From: the human T2T-CHM13v2.0 reference genome, Homo sapiens
DNA length: 64,000 bases
NCBI RefSeq assembly: GCF_009914755.1
Contig: NC_060926.1
Direction: 5' to 3' (one strand)
Shown here piece after piece: positions 1 to 13,328 of the stretch. Below the pieces are notes generated by a model, which was given only the letters and a program-made list of their open reading frames with translations, did no database searches and was not told the origin of the DNA. The translations under genes were made by a program, and so were the position numbers. Every line of letters begins with the position of its first letter. The first letter of the stretch is position 1.

Positions 1-454
1 CACTCATTAAAAAAAGACAAAGAGGAAGAACTAGAGTGTTTTAGACACTGATCATATAGGGTTTGTGTGAAACTCACCATCGTGCAACAGTTAGCAAGTA
101 AAATTACTAAAAACAAACATAACATATGTTCATGATCATTGAGCATATGGTCAATGAGGAATGTGTGATCTAGGTAAAGTAATTGCACTGTCAGCTTTTC
201 ACAGAAGCTTTTTTTCCCCCACATTTCAATTCAGATCAATAAATTTTATTGTATGTTTACTCTGTGTAAGGCACTGTGTTAGAAAAGCCTTTCTGAGAAG
301 AGCTGGGGATGCTTTTTCTTTTAGGGAGGATGTAAACAGGAGAAGATGAAAACTAGGTAAGAGTAAATGTTCAGAAGTCAGTGTTCTTTCTCAAACAATC
401 ATAGAATCAGAGAATGTTAAGCCTGTGGAGAAATGGAGATGTAGCTTAGTTCAT

Positions 455-600
455 GTCTTCATCCATTCATTCATTCACTTAGATATTCAACAAATATTCA
501 TTGGGCATTGCTTATGTGTTAGGATTTGTGCAAAGCAAAACATGGTATGGTAGCAAATGGCTGAGAGATACAGTCAGCCCATACTGCACAGATAATTTAC
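455..600 (-). mobile_element. L2 3'-end fragment
   Basis: cattcattcattcac...caacaaatattcattgggcattgcttatgtgttagg is the typical antisense L2 tail. Confidence 0.55.
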
Positions 601-2379
601 CGTATCCCCAGCCACCCATTAGCACTCTCCTGCTCTTAGGTGCACAAAGTATGAGTACATTTTCTTTAAATTAGGCAACTCTGTGACTTGAAATATTACT
701 CAAATAGAAGATCAGAGAGAGAGGAGTTCATTTATGGGCTTGCTGGGTAGAACCAAGGTAAAAAGAAGAAATAATTCAATAGTAATATAATCTTAATCAA
801 AGATCTTACTTATCCAAAGACCTTACAGTCAAAATACATGAACGTAGTCTCTCTCATCACATTGAAAATTTCCTTGACTGCATATTTGGAACAACAAGTT
901 TCACATGCTGAATCTCTTCCTAATACACCCAGCTCTATTCCTAACATAACTACAACTACTGCTTGTATCTCATTATTTTTCTCATCTCAAAATTTATTTA
1001 TTTAGTGTTATCTCTTTATGATTTTACCTAGTCAAGGAATATTGTGTTATTTGAAACTTTCAGCAGCATATTAAGTAATATAAATTCTCCAGCATCCCTA
1101 AGAAAATATTTCATTTTTCATATTGAAATAATGTGATAAATTTGATTAAATATTATATTATTACATAGCAGATAATGTTGATATTCCCTCAGGATTAGAT
1201 TTGGTACTAAAATGAAAAACATTCAATTACTAATAACATATCAATTACCAATAAGATGGTAATTACAAATATATTGATTAAAGATTTGTAAATTATCTTC
1301 AGTGTTATTTTTCTGAGGATATATTAGACAAGTATTTACTCTTTTGGCATTTCATTAATGGGCTTGTTTAAAAAGTCAATCTCTTGAAAATTAGCTACTA
1401 AGACTCTCTAATATAGGGTCAACACAATTACTGTGATAAAATCAATCTCTTTATTCAGTTCTAGTTTACTTTTTTAAGTGATCGCATTTGTTGGTACTTT
1501 AAAAGTGATTATGTGTGGTTTTACATGTAAGAAATTACAAAAACTATCCTTGACAGATATACAAGGTAAAATGAAACTGCAACAAATAACAATATAACTA
1601 ATTTTATCTGCTACCTTTTTTCCCCCAAAGTGGAAATAATTACATATACTGGTGGTAGAAAGAAGACTTTCAGATAAATATGGGCAAGACATTTAGTATT
1701 TATATAGTAATCAGGTCAAACCTATATATGGTATGCATATATACTTTTAAGTTTTCTTTGCGTAGGATATATGAGAAAAATCACATTTCTGTACACTGTG
1801 GAATAGATATTTTACTGAAAATTTGTGTGAACATATAGGTCTCGGCTCTACAACACTAGTTATAAATTATTTAACCTAGTTATTCCAATAAGAGTATTAT
1901 ATATACAAGCATAACCAATAACATTTCCATATAAGAAGTGGGGTTTTTGAAACTGTTATCTTTGACTGATCTTCAAAAGCCTGTATCTAACCACTCTAGA
2001 ATCTAGTCTGACTTGTAGAGACAACAAAAGCCAGAAATATGTTTTCCTTACCCCAGGGAACTGAATCCCTGATTGTTCAATTTGTCACCCCTTTCCCTTC
2101 CTCAACTTAAGTAATGAAGACATGTGCATTATATAATAAGCAATTTCCCCTCCCGTCTCTTAAATAGAACATGGTAATTTATAATATGTGTATTAATAAC
2201 ATGACACTCCAAAATGGTCTCTTATACCACTTTTTGTTTGGCACCGATAACAGTCAATGTTTTCTTAATTCTTGCCCAATTTCTTTTACGGACTGTGTAC
2301 TACCTTTGGTTTTCCTCAAGTCCTACATATGAATTTGGAGATACATGCAGATAGTCAAGTTACCGATAGGTGGATAGAT

Positions 2380-2791
2380 ATGGCAGTGGTAACCCCTTAA
2401 GAGATCAAATAGGTGAGGAGTTCTCTGGCATACTAGAGACTTCTAGTCATCATCCATTTCTGATTTCCTTCTCCCTCCTAACTTCACAGGAAAAAAACCT
2501 TTCTCAGCACCTTTGCTTTTCAGCAGAGACACATGACTAGTCTGCCAAATGACACATATCACTTCTGGCTCAAAATGATCAGTCTGCCATTTCCATATTC
2601 CTTTTTTCCCCTACAGTGATGACCTTGGAAACCATATGCAGAGATGGCAATATCATGAAACAGAGTCATCAGATGGAGAAGGTTGTCAGCTAAGAGTCAT
2701 CAGACTTCATGTCAGCAAGAAATAACTAAGTTGCTCAGTCTCAGAGTTTATCTGTTGCAGCACTTAGTAATTGCATATCCTGGCTGACACA
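2380..2791 (+). mobile_element. Old ERVL/MaLR solo LTR (MLT1/LTR16-like), degraded
   Basis: gatgaccttggaaaccatatgcagagatggc and the terminal agaaataact...gtttatctgttgcagca...tcctggctgacaca resemble old MLT1/LTR16 LTRs. Confidence 0.45.
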
Positions 2792-3869
2792 TCTGTGACC
2801 ATCTGTGAGAAATGTGTGATAGCAAGAAGCCGAACTTAACATACAGTTGTATGATCACTGCATTGGCTCTGGAAAGGAAACTGTTAAAAGATTTTAGGTG
2901 ACTCTTTTCCATGTGTCAAAATGTGGTTCATAATCACAACTATGTATAAGAGATGTGAAAGGACTAAACAAGCCCTTAAGATGAAGTATCACTCCATCCT
3001 AATGATGGCAGTAGTAAAGATGGTCAGAGTGTTAGCATGTCCAAAAAACGGAAAAGATATATTTTCCTTCACATCTAGTGTGCTTATGTGCCTTTAGGAG
3101 AGACGGAGCAGAAATTACTTGGCCTTCTCCGTATATAGTTCTTTCTATTCTTGGAACTGATAGAGTCCAAGGTCCATATATGATAATCAACATAATGTTT
3201 GCCTTTGGGAAAAGGGCAGATAAAGATTTCACACTGTGGAATCAGTTTTGACTCTACCTAATAGTCCATTCATATTAAAATATGAATTCCAAGGAGAAAG
3301 AAAGAACAGAATTTTGAGGTGGCTTCAGAGACTTAAAGAAGATTAAATTTATATGACAACTACAGTAAATGCAATTCACTAATATTTGCAAATTAAAAAT
3401 TCTAAGTGAGCCACCACATTATTGTTTTGGAGATGATGGAGTGAGATGCATGGCATTTTCTCATAACCTCTATAAAGGGGATAGCTAAAATTTGCCTTTC
3501 ATCTGGCAATGAAAGTATTCTAAGAATTATTCCGATACTTTTCCACTGTATAATCACTAAATTATATTCATGTGAAAGAAGAAAACAAATGGTATAAATA
3601 AGTGGCACTTATGATGGCAACTTTTAATTAAACACATCTTATTTTTTCTACAATAAAAGGAAAGTGGAAGCCTTCAGTATTAACTACTGGATTATAACTG
3701 ACATATTTGAGTATCCTCAACTGTGTCTTTGTGCTTCTGCTATGGGGATTATAGAGAAAGGAGAACTGTGGAAAGAGTAAAAGTCTAAGAACCAGATATA
3801 TTCTGTACTTGTTTGTTCCAATAGAGAAGGCTAGTATGGTTTTGAAAGCCGAAAACCAATTTGAATATG

Positions 3870-4490
3870 AAAATGAGATTGATTTTTGTATATTGTTCTT
3901 GTATCTTATAGCCTTCCTAAATTCACTTACAAGTACTGCTAGCTTTTTTCTGTGTAATATATTTGATGATTTTTCTACCTATAATATCAAGCTACCAGAA
4001 AACACAGATAATTGTGTTTCTTTCTTTCCAACATGTCTGCCTTTGATTTCCTTTGCTTGTCTTATTGGACTGGCTAGGACCACTGGTATGAGATTGAACT
4101 GGAGTAGGGAGAGCAGACATCCTTGTCTTGTTCTTGATCAACCAAAAAAAGCACGGAACCTCTCACCATTAATGATGATATTGGCTGTAGGACTTTTAAA
4201 AATGTCTTTTTACATGCTGAGGAAATTTCCTTTAATTTCTATCTTTCTTAGAGTTCTTCATCATTAATACATGTTGAATTTTGCCAAATGCCTTCGCTGC
4301 ATACATTGAGATGACTATATAGTTTTTCTCCTTTAGTATTTTGATATGGTGAATTATATTGAGTGATTTTTAATATTGAAACAATCCAATATTTCCAGTA
4401 TCAACATCACTTGGTCATGTTACAATGTTATGCATTTTATATCCTTTTGTATTAAATTCACTAATATTTGGTTGATGATTTCTAGGTCTC
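3870..4490 (-). mobile_element. Old L1 (L1M) ORF2 fragment, minus orientation
   Basis: ttgatttttgtatattg..., ggctaggaccactggtatgagattgaactggagtagggagagcagacatccttgtcttgttc and cacttggtcatg are characteristic antisense L1 ORF2 (RT region) sequence. Confidence 0.8.
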
Positions 4491-4497
4491 TTTCATT

Positions 4498-5178
4498 AGG
4501 GATAATATCAAGTGCTGGTAAAGATGCAAAACAACTGGAACTCTCACACATTGCTAGTAGGAATACAAAATGGTACAGCTATTTTAGAAAACTGTATGGA
4601 AGTTTCTCATAAATTTATGTATTTTCTTACATGACCTATAAATTCCACTCCTAGAAATTCAATCAAGAGAAAAGCAAACTTATGTTAACACAAAATCTGT
4701 TCATGAAATTATATAGCAGCTGTATTCATAGTCGCACCAAACTGGAAACAACCCAAATGCTTTTCAACCAGTGAATGTATCAGAAAACTGTGATACAGCT
4801 ATACAATAGAATACAATTCATCAATACAAAGAATTAGCTACTGATATATGCAATCACATAGATTAATCTCAAATGCATTATGCTGTGTGAAAGAAGCCAG
4901 ACACCAAAGGCTACCCATTGTATGAATCCACTTAGTGTCATACTAGAAAAAAATAAAATAATAAGGACAAAATACAGATCAGTGTCAGGGATCAAAGGTC
5001 GAGGAAGGAGTTGACTACAAATAGAAAAAAAAACAACTTCTTGGGATAAAGAGAATTTTCTAACTCTTGATTTACTTGATGTTCCACAATAGTAGGCATT
5101 TATCAAACCTTTATACTAAAAGTTTTTTTACTGTACATAAATTATACCTCAATAAAATTAACTTCTTAAAAAAAAAAC
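4498..5178 (+). mobile_element. Old L1 (L1MB/MC-like) ORF2 end, 3' UTR and A tail
   Basis: aagtgctggtaaagatgcaaaacaactggaactctcacacattgctagtaggaatacaaaatggtacagc ... aactggaaacaacccaaatg ... aaattatacctcaataaa followed by an A-run at ~5167-5178. Confidence 0.8.
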
Positions 5179-5932
5179 CACTGATTTTCCAAATGATGTG
5201 AGTACTATACTTGGCTACATATACTTACAATGTTGCTCATCTTTAAACTACTAATTTCTAATGAAAATATAGTAGCCTTTCTCATTAAAATCTTTTTCTC
5301 CATATGTCTCTTTTTACTTTTCCATAAGTTTATTTATGGCTAACATTCTAACCAATTTTATCATCATATATTGATGGAACACTCTCAAAAATGTATAAAG
5401 GAATAGAATTCTGTCCTAACTCTGTGCTATTGAAGACTTATTATTTGGTTAGTTTTTCATAACTGGTAGGAAGTACCTAATCTCTGAGATAGAAGTAAGC
5501 TTTCCTTAGACAAACACTCTTCAGTATAACACATCTGCCTCTACAAGATTTATGTGACAGGCCCATATTTATAAATCTCCAAAGAAAGATAAAACTAGTA
5601 GCTTTTTGTTGCTTGCAACAAACCTAGGATTTGAGCTACACACCGTCTGAAATCATTTTATGAAAACCTTCTTGGAATTGTTGAGCTCCCTAAAACTGAA
5701 GTGATGATTCCTAACCTGGGAAGATTTTGTGAGCTATTCTATTGCATGTTTCTGCTAGAGTCCCATAAACTGGATTGTTTGAAAGCAGGAATTACAGAAA
5801 CACTGCTGATGTCTTGTATTTACCATATATGAACAATTCTATGATATTATTAGAAGCTGTGTAAAATATTGCAATAACATCTGGAACTTAGCACTCATTG
5901 AATGGTTGCTCCTAATTGTACTATTATTCTTT

Positions 5933-6573
5933 TTTATTCATTTCTAATTAAATTTTATTTTTATTATACTTTAAGTTTTAGGGTACATGTGCACAATGTG
6001 CAGGTTAGTTACATATGTATACATGTGCCATGTTGGTGTGCTGCACCTGTTAACTCGTCATTTAACATTTGGTATATCTCCTAATGCTATCCCTTCCCCT
6101 TCCCCCCACCCCCACCCCACAACAGGCTCTGGTGTGTGATGTTCCCCTTCCTGTGTCCATGTGTTCTCATTGTTCAATTCCCACCTATGAGCGAGAACAT
6201 GCGGTGTTTGTTTTTTTGTCCTTGCGACAGTTTGCTAAGAATGATGGTTTCCAGCTTCATCCATGTCCCTACAAAGGACATGAACTTATCATTTTTTATG
6301 GCTGCATAGTATTCCATGGTGTATATGTGCCACATTTTCTTAATCCAGTCTATCATTGTTGGACATTTGGTTCCAAGTCTTTGCTATTGTGAATAGTGCC
6401 ACAATAAACATATGTGTGCATGTGTCTTTATAGCAGCATGATTTATAATCCTTTGGGTATATACCCAGTAATGGGATGGCTGGGTCAAATGGTGTTTCTA
6501 GTTCTAGATCCCTGAGGAATCGCCACACTGACTTCCACAATGGTTGAACTAGTTTACAGTCCCACCAACAGTG
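5933..6573 (-). mobile_element. 5'-truncated L1PA (L1PA3/L1PA4-like), ~640 bp, with TSD
   Basis: Close match to the primate L1 3' UTR and ORF2 C-terminus (ORF track peptides MWHIYTMEYYAAIK and FDPAIPLLGIYPKDYK). TSD tattattcttt at 5922-5932 and 6574-6584. Confidence 0.95.
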
Positions 6574-7811
6574 TATTATTCTTTAGAAAAATTTAATATA
6601 CGGCTTCTGGATAAGGATTGAAGAAAACTAGATGTTTTATAGGAGGGGGGTGTCCAGTTTTCTAATTGAAACTCTCCTAATACTTACAGCATTGTTACAA
6701 AATGATAAAACATTTTAGTATCACTCTTAGTACCATATCTTCACATGACGAGAACTCAAGAAATTTTAGCTATAAATAAAAATAATACTATCAACCACAA
6801 CGCCAACAGCAAAAACAGCCCACATACCACTTGTCAAGAAAAATAAGAGAAGTAGTTTTGTTGTTGTTTTATTGACCATATTAACAACATGTAAGCTTGT
6901 TAGTGATTGCAAACCTTAAGTTTAGGTTTCAGGTTCCAAAGAAACCACCAAGATGATCTGATACAATCATGCCTTGGATTAGTAAGAAACACACCAGCTT
7001 TCCTTTATGTTTTTCTTTTCATTAAAAAAATTCATATGGAACAGAAATTGCTTTTATAAGGATGTCAGTGTTTTGGCTGCTAGAGAGCTGTTTATACTTT
7101 CCAGTTTCATTTAGTGGGAAGAAGAAAGAATGTAAGAATAGCTCATGTGGTAGTATTGGTAAGGTGAGTAGGGCCAAGGAAACCTGTGTCAATTTTGCAA
7201 TGAGGTGGTCTAATAATTTTCTAAATATTTTCAAAGTTATGCAGTTTCCCTCCGATCTTCCTCAAATAAGTGTCTTCTACTTAGAGGAGACTAAAAGGAC
7301 TCCAAATGTCCTTCATTTTTCCCTTTTATTGATGACTTAACCAGCGTCGATATGTTACATTATAGCTTCAAGCACTCTATAGTCCTTGAAGTTGAATGGC
7401 TAAGGTCCATTAGAGGATTCAAGTTAGGAATAAAGAAAGAGTTTAAGCCTAGTAGTTTTCCACATTAACAACGTCCTCCTACTGCTTGTTCAGATTCATT
7501 TTTCAGGTGTTAATGCCTTGGACACACACCGTTTGAATCATTACCTCATTGTTATTGATGCATAGTTTGTCCCTGGAGATAAACTTTGCAATTTATCTTC
7601 AAGTATGTTTTATCATGAAAAATTACCAGTCTTTACTCCAGTAGAGGTTCAGTTACTTAATTAAAATAAATGTATTCTTTTAATGGATAGAAATAACCCT
7701 ACAATATACATTCTTAGATTTCATTTGTATTTAAGCATTTTAGAAAAAAAAACTCCACAAATAATTAATTATATTATATATAATTTTTCTGATCTCAGAT
7801 ATACTTCAGAG

Positions 7812-8030
7812 CAGTTGTTTCAAGCTGTGTTCTATTGTGCCCTGGGAATTCTGAAAAGGTTCCCTGGAGGCTGCTGTGGGGTGGAGGGTAGGTAGGTGGC
7901 AACTGTTCAGGTGCCCTCATTTCTACCCAGCTTGAACAACAGTAGTCAGGATTTTATCTAATTTATGTAGTGGGAATCACCATTAAAAAGTGAAAAATGT
8001 TTCTTGGCTTAAATAATATTTTGGAAGTTG
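7812..8030 (+). mobile_element. hAT-Charlie MITE (MER102-like)
   Basis: cagttgtttcaagctgtgttctattgtgccctggg ... cagcttgaacaacagtagtcaggattttatctaatttatgtagtggg resembles the MER102 consensus. Confidence 0.55.
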
Positions 8031-8104
8031 AGTCTCCAGCAGCACCATCCTACATTCTCCCTCATTAACTGCCTTTTGTAATAAAAAATCTATCTTACAA
8101 ACTA

Positions 8105-8379
8105 TGGTAATGAGTTCCATGGTAACAAACCAGTCCATATTTTTTTGTTGTTGTATAGAAAAATGATTCTAGAAATTTTAAGGCTACTAATGTTATATGC
8201 ATTACAAATAGACGTTAAAGTTAAAAAGAACACAGAAATTGGTGGTAATGAGTTCCTTGGTAACAAAGCATTTCATATTTTTTTGTTGTATAGAAATACA
8301 ATTCTAGAAGATTTAAGGCTACTAATGTTATATGCATTACAAATAGATGTTAAAGTTAAAAAGAATACAGAAGTTGGTG
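8105..8379. repeat. Tandem duplication, two copies of ~138 bp
   Basis: tggtaatgagttcc(a/t)tggtaacaaa...ttaaggctactaatgttatatgcattacaaataga(c/t)gttaaagttaaaaagaa(c/t)acagaa(a/g)ttggt starts at 8105 and again at 8243. Confidence 0.95.
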
Positions 8380-11300
8380 CTACAGTAAACTTGACATACA
8401 TCAGTAAATTTTCTGAACCCCATCTTTTTAAATGGTATAAAATTGCTAGTAAGTGAAGTTCTGTTTTTTTAAAAAGTAATCTTTTAATTATTTTTGATAT
8501 TTTTATGTCTATCAAGAATATAATTTTTACTAAAGCAATTCTGAAGCATTTTGGCTAAAAAATTCCTGACACCACAAGCAATAAAGTGTCTTAAACAAAA
8601 AACTTACATGAAAAATAGTAAAAAGAGAGAATTGCATTCACAAAGAAATTTAGAAAATTATGAAATTGTACTAAAACATATACATATATAGATGAGTACA
8701 GTATTTGTTCACCTTTATAAATGCCAAAGACAAAAACTGAAAAACCACTTTTTTCCAACTTTTTCAGTGCTCTATTTATATGGATTGAGCTATATACACA
8801 CACACACAACCTGGGAATGTATTTCAAAAGAGTAGATAAGTATTTAAAAACTTTTTCTTACTATTTTGTTCATAATAAACATCATGTACATTTCAAATTA
8901 AATATATCTTTTAACATTTTTGCTGGATTGTTAACTTATTAACCAAACAATTAGAGATCAGACTTTAGTAGTGCCTAATATTTGCAATTGTTCCTTTATC
9001 TTCATTTTAATTTGGCACATTTAGGAAAATTCCAAATTGACATTGAGGTTGCAACACCTCTTTCTTCACTCTGTGGGTGATTTTCGAAATGATTAACAAC
9101 TAGTGTGGAATGAGAACCAATGAGACAGGACACACAGAGCAGACGTACAACACTCACAACAATTTACAACAGCCACAGCATGCTAGCCAGTAAGCAGTCC
9201 TGCCCTCTTGAGTTTTCAAATTGTAATGGTTAATTAATTAATTATGTTATGTTCCATGCTGGTTATGTCCACTTACAAAAGATCATCCAGCTAGTCAGTA
9301 GATCATGGCTAAGGTAGCACATTCCTGATTTCCAGTGCTTTCCTAGAGAGTACATAGATTCCCATGAATCAAAATGCCATTAACTTCGGTAAGTGCACGT
9401 TTGGCAGTTGCATTTTGTTGAAGCAGTTTTTCATAATAATTAATATTCCATTCATTTTTCAAGTCTTTTTTTTTTGGTATCAGTGCCGAATCCCAAGACT
9501 TAAAAAAATTCCACCTCCTCATAAATGCCATTTTCATCACTAGTATTCACTTTGTTTATATTGTACAAATTTAATACAACATAAATGCAACATAGGGAAT
9601 GCAATGTAGGGAAGGCTTCTGTCAATAACTAAGCAAGGCAGAATAAGAAAGGATAAACTAAGAACAATAAAAAAGAAAAGTAAATATGAGTACAGAGCCA
9701 TTGATCTCAGACCCATACTTTTGACATTCAAAACTCAGAATCTTGTCTATTGAAATAATAATTTATGAATCCATAATTTCATTCCCTTAAAAAAGAAAGT
9801 GCAGATGTTTGGTGACAGAAAGGAACCTCTTGTGGACCCTGCATTTATGTTAATATATGTTTCATCATGAAAAATTACCAGTGAAAGACTCCATCAGAGA
9901 GTCAGTTATTTAATTAAAATGAATCACGTGTTGTATAGTATAGTTTGACTGCAGACATACATGATGTGCTGGGGCAATATTAATAGACTGAGTTAGCTAC
10001 TTTCCTAATCGCTAACAAGTTTCCTAATGCTTCATAAAGACTATGCCCTAAAAGATAAAATAAATAGCACTTATTCCTAGTTATTGTAAAACTGGACACT
10101 TCATTTCTATTTCTATGAGGTCCATCCTATGACACACAAATCAGAACCACAGGGAACCAACGTGGTCTCAGACCACAGGGAACGAATAGTGTAATGACAT
10201 TCCACTTAGCTAAATTTAGATCTGGTTATGTCATAATATCAATGAAAAGGGAAAATAAATAGTTCAAGACAAATAGATCATCAATTATTCCAAAGATTAA
10301 GAAAAATATCTTGAAAAAGAAAACATTCTTATAATATGTCTTTCATAGGCAGTCCATTGATAATAATAAAAATTTTTGAATAAGGTTTTTAAGAGATCAT
10401 TTACTTGTCTACCATTTTAGATGCTATCAGCTGCCTTGTTAAAAAGGATAAATTACATTTTGGTTGACTCCTCTGCTTGTTACAGCAAGTTATTCTTTTA
10501 TTTCATGGTTGTACATTACACATTGTGAAAAAAACATTCCTTTTTTCTCTATTCATAGTCAAGTATCTTTTTGCTGATTAAAATAGCTTCATGTTGCATG
10601 CTTAATGAAATCGCTAAATACTTGTTTTAAATCACAATTTTGCTTTTTTAAAATAGTGTTATGTTCTTCATTCTAAAAGACCATCTGCTTTCAAATGACA
10701 ATGGGTTTTATGAGTAACGCTAAGGAGAAACAGTTATTACACTTAAACACATTTTTGCTGGAATAAAGGGTAACAGTCTACTACTACTTAAACACATTGA
10801 ACACTTTTGTATAGTGCCTAAAGGCTAAACATGTCATTACTAGAATGAGAGTTTCTATAACAGATTTATCTGGTCCCAGGTTCCAAGGTTAAGTGGCATA
10901 AGCCCAACACTTTAAAAAAGAAGGGTAATAGATTATAATTTAAAAATCACTCAAAGTTATCAGAATTATTTTTATACAAAAATTAATGCTGCCAAATTTC
11001 CAAATTGTACTATCATTTGCTTTTTCATTAGAGCGAATAGCATATGAAAACTCTTTCCAATATATAATTACTATTTTTATGGCAAATAAACAACTTATTA
11101 AAATATCGCTATTGATATTAAAAATATTTCATCATTTATTTTAAGAAACTTTAAATTCTTCACTTTATATTTGTTTTAACGTGTATCAGTTAAAATTAAG
11201 TTAGAATCTGAGGCACTTCTTTGGAATCTAAATGCATTTCCCTTCTTTTTTCTCTTCATTTTCTTTTTTATCTGTACATAGAGAGGAGTTTTTATCCTTA

Positions 11301-13272
11301 CTTATTCCAATTAAGTCGGAATATTATCGAAACTGAACTTGTTAACTAAGTAGTTTTGGTTTCCTTTTTATAAGTAATGGATCTAATTGTGGGAGTTAAA
11401 AGTTAAGACAAAATAACACAATAAATTTAAAAACAATAAAATGCATTGAAAGCAAGCATATTATTAATACTATTGGAATTAGGTCATCTAATCATCAGCC
11501 TTTTTTAAATTCCCATCCTTAGAAGGAATATTTTAGTCTAGAAAGAAAGTAACTTTTCCCCCCACATCTTGAATGTGGGCATGACACTCATGAATGAATG
11601 GGTTTTGACTTTGATAGAAGTCTCTATGAGAGGACATGGCTAATGAAAACTCTTCCCCTTTGCATCTTCACATTTTTGCAGTAAGTAAACAGGAAATTAT
11701 TGATTATTTTTGATATCAGGAGAGGCTTATTATTATATCAAGACAAATGCCTCACATTTTGTAAAACCTAAATCCCTCTTACAAATCACCTTATTACAAA
11801 TCTCAAGCTAAATAAAATACCAGGTGAAGCTCTTTTGCTGTCAGACCTGATTAAAATCTGTTCAGATTGAAGGGCTCTAGTTCCTGGCAAAATCTACCTG
11901 AAGCAACTCTTCAGGTATGAGTTTCTACAAATGAGCATAAATAATAAAAGAAAAATAACTGATATACTATTTCTTAAAAATTACAGATAAGTACTTTGAT
12001 CACCATATGTGATATATATAAGAACATGTATATTTTATGATACATAAGATATTTAGGGTATGGTACTAATGACAGCCTTCTATTCTCCACACATAACAGA
12101 CTTTTTTTACACCTTTCCAGTAACTTCAAAAATATTTTAATAAAGTATATAATTGATGTCTTATAGTTCCACAGTACCAACGAAATAAAGTCCTATGACC
12201 AAAGTCAAAAGAATAATTCTTAAAACTGTCCTCAGGAAATTATATGTCAAAAATGTCATCAGATTGTTTTTAAAGTGTAAGGAACATTGCATTTTGGGAC
12301 AGGTACACACAACTATATTGGGTTAGTATTATTTTTATCAGAGCTTGGAAATATTCTCTTTAAGGTCCATCAGTATTTCTATCACAGATTTGCCTCGTGG
12401 TGAAAATAATGGAGTTGTAAAAGTATTGAAAATGAGACCTTGAGTTAAATGTAAATTGTATTAATTGATTTTCAAGAGATTATTTTTTAGGTTGTTGAGA
12501 AGTAAAAGAAAAGCTAATTGATCAACAGTGTTTTCTTGAGTGTTGTTTATAAGTTTAAAAGAGTCTGAAAGACTATTTGGCAAGCACCGTAGTACGATCT
12601 AATGGTTTTATGCCCAGTTATTTATCCCTTATATTAGGATATCTTTCTGTAAGTTAAGCAAGGTGAGTACCATTTATACTTTTTTTTATGCTGATCATAA
12701 TCTCCTAGTCTCCATGCTGTCACATGAAAAATCCACACATATATCAAGTAACCAGATAATTTTCTTTATAAAAAAATATTATGTTGTGTGTACATGCATG
12801 TGTGTGTTTGCACATGCGTGAGTGTGCACAGCAGCCCTTGAGGGAAGATGGAAGCAAAGGCCAAAGTTAGTGTAGGGATACACATCTACATTAATTTTAA
12901 GTTTAGAAATTTAGTTACAAATTATTATTTCAGAGTCCACGTTTGTGGTGATTCCATTGTTATTATTTTGATAAATAATGACAGGCAGTCAGTACAAAAA
13001 AGGTTTAAAACTATATTACTGGGTGGCACATGTACAAATTGGAAAGAACAGAAAAGAAGATGTAAGCCAAGGGGATGTCAATTCCAGTCACGGTTCTGAT
13101 GTTTATTAACTATGTGTCCTTAAGCCTGTTGCTTTACCTTACTGCACTAGTATTTTATTTTTATTTTTTCTTCTGGCATGTATGCAGGCTGAACCAGTTT
13201 TAATTCATTGCATCTAAAAGTGCCCAGTAAATCAACTTTTCACTATCAAGAAATAGAGAATGAAAACCAGGA

Positions 13273-13277
<5 letters not shown>

Positions 13278-13326
<49 letters not shown>
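13278..13326. repeat. (TA)n microsatellite, ~24 units, uninterrupted
   Basis: Read directly. Confidence 0.98.

Positions 13327-13328
<2 letters not shown>

Noticed and set aside
3809-4267. Longest ORF (152 aa)
   Set aside because: It is the antisense frame of an old L1 ORF2 fragment, with no independent coding evidence.
6069-6540. ORFs resembling reverse-transcriptase protein C-terminus
   Set aside because: These are broken L1 ORF2 tail fragments in a 5'-truncated L1PA with no promoter or start.
8145-8456. ORF with an internal peptide repeat
   Set aside because: By-product of the 138-bp tandem duplication.
11895-11917. 9-bp hairpin tacctgaag/cttcaggta, similar to the one at 13733
   Set aside because: Stems of this length are expected by chance in 64 kb of AT-rich DNA, and the flanks share no homology.
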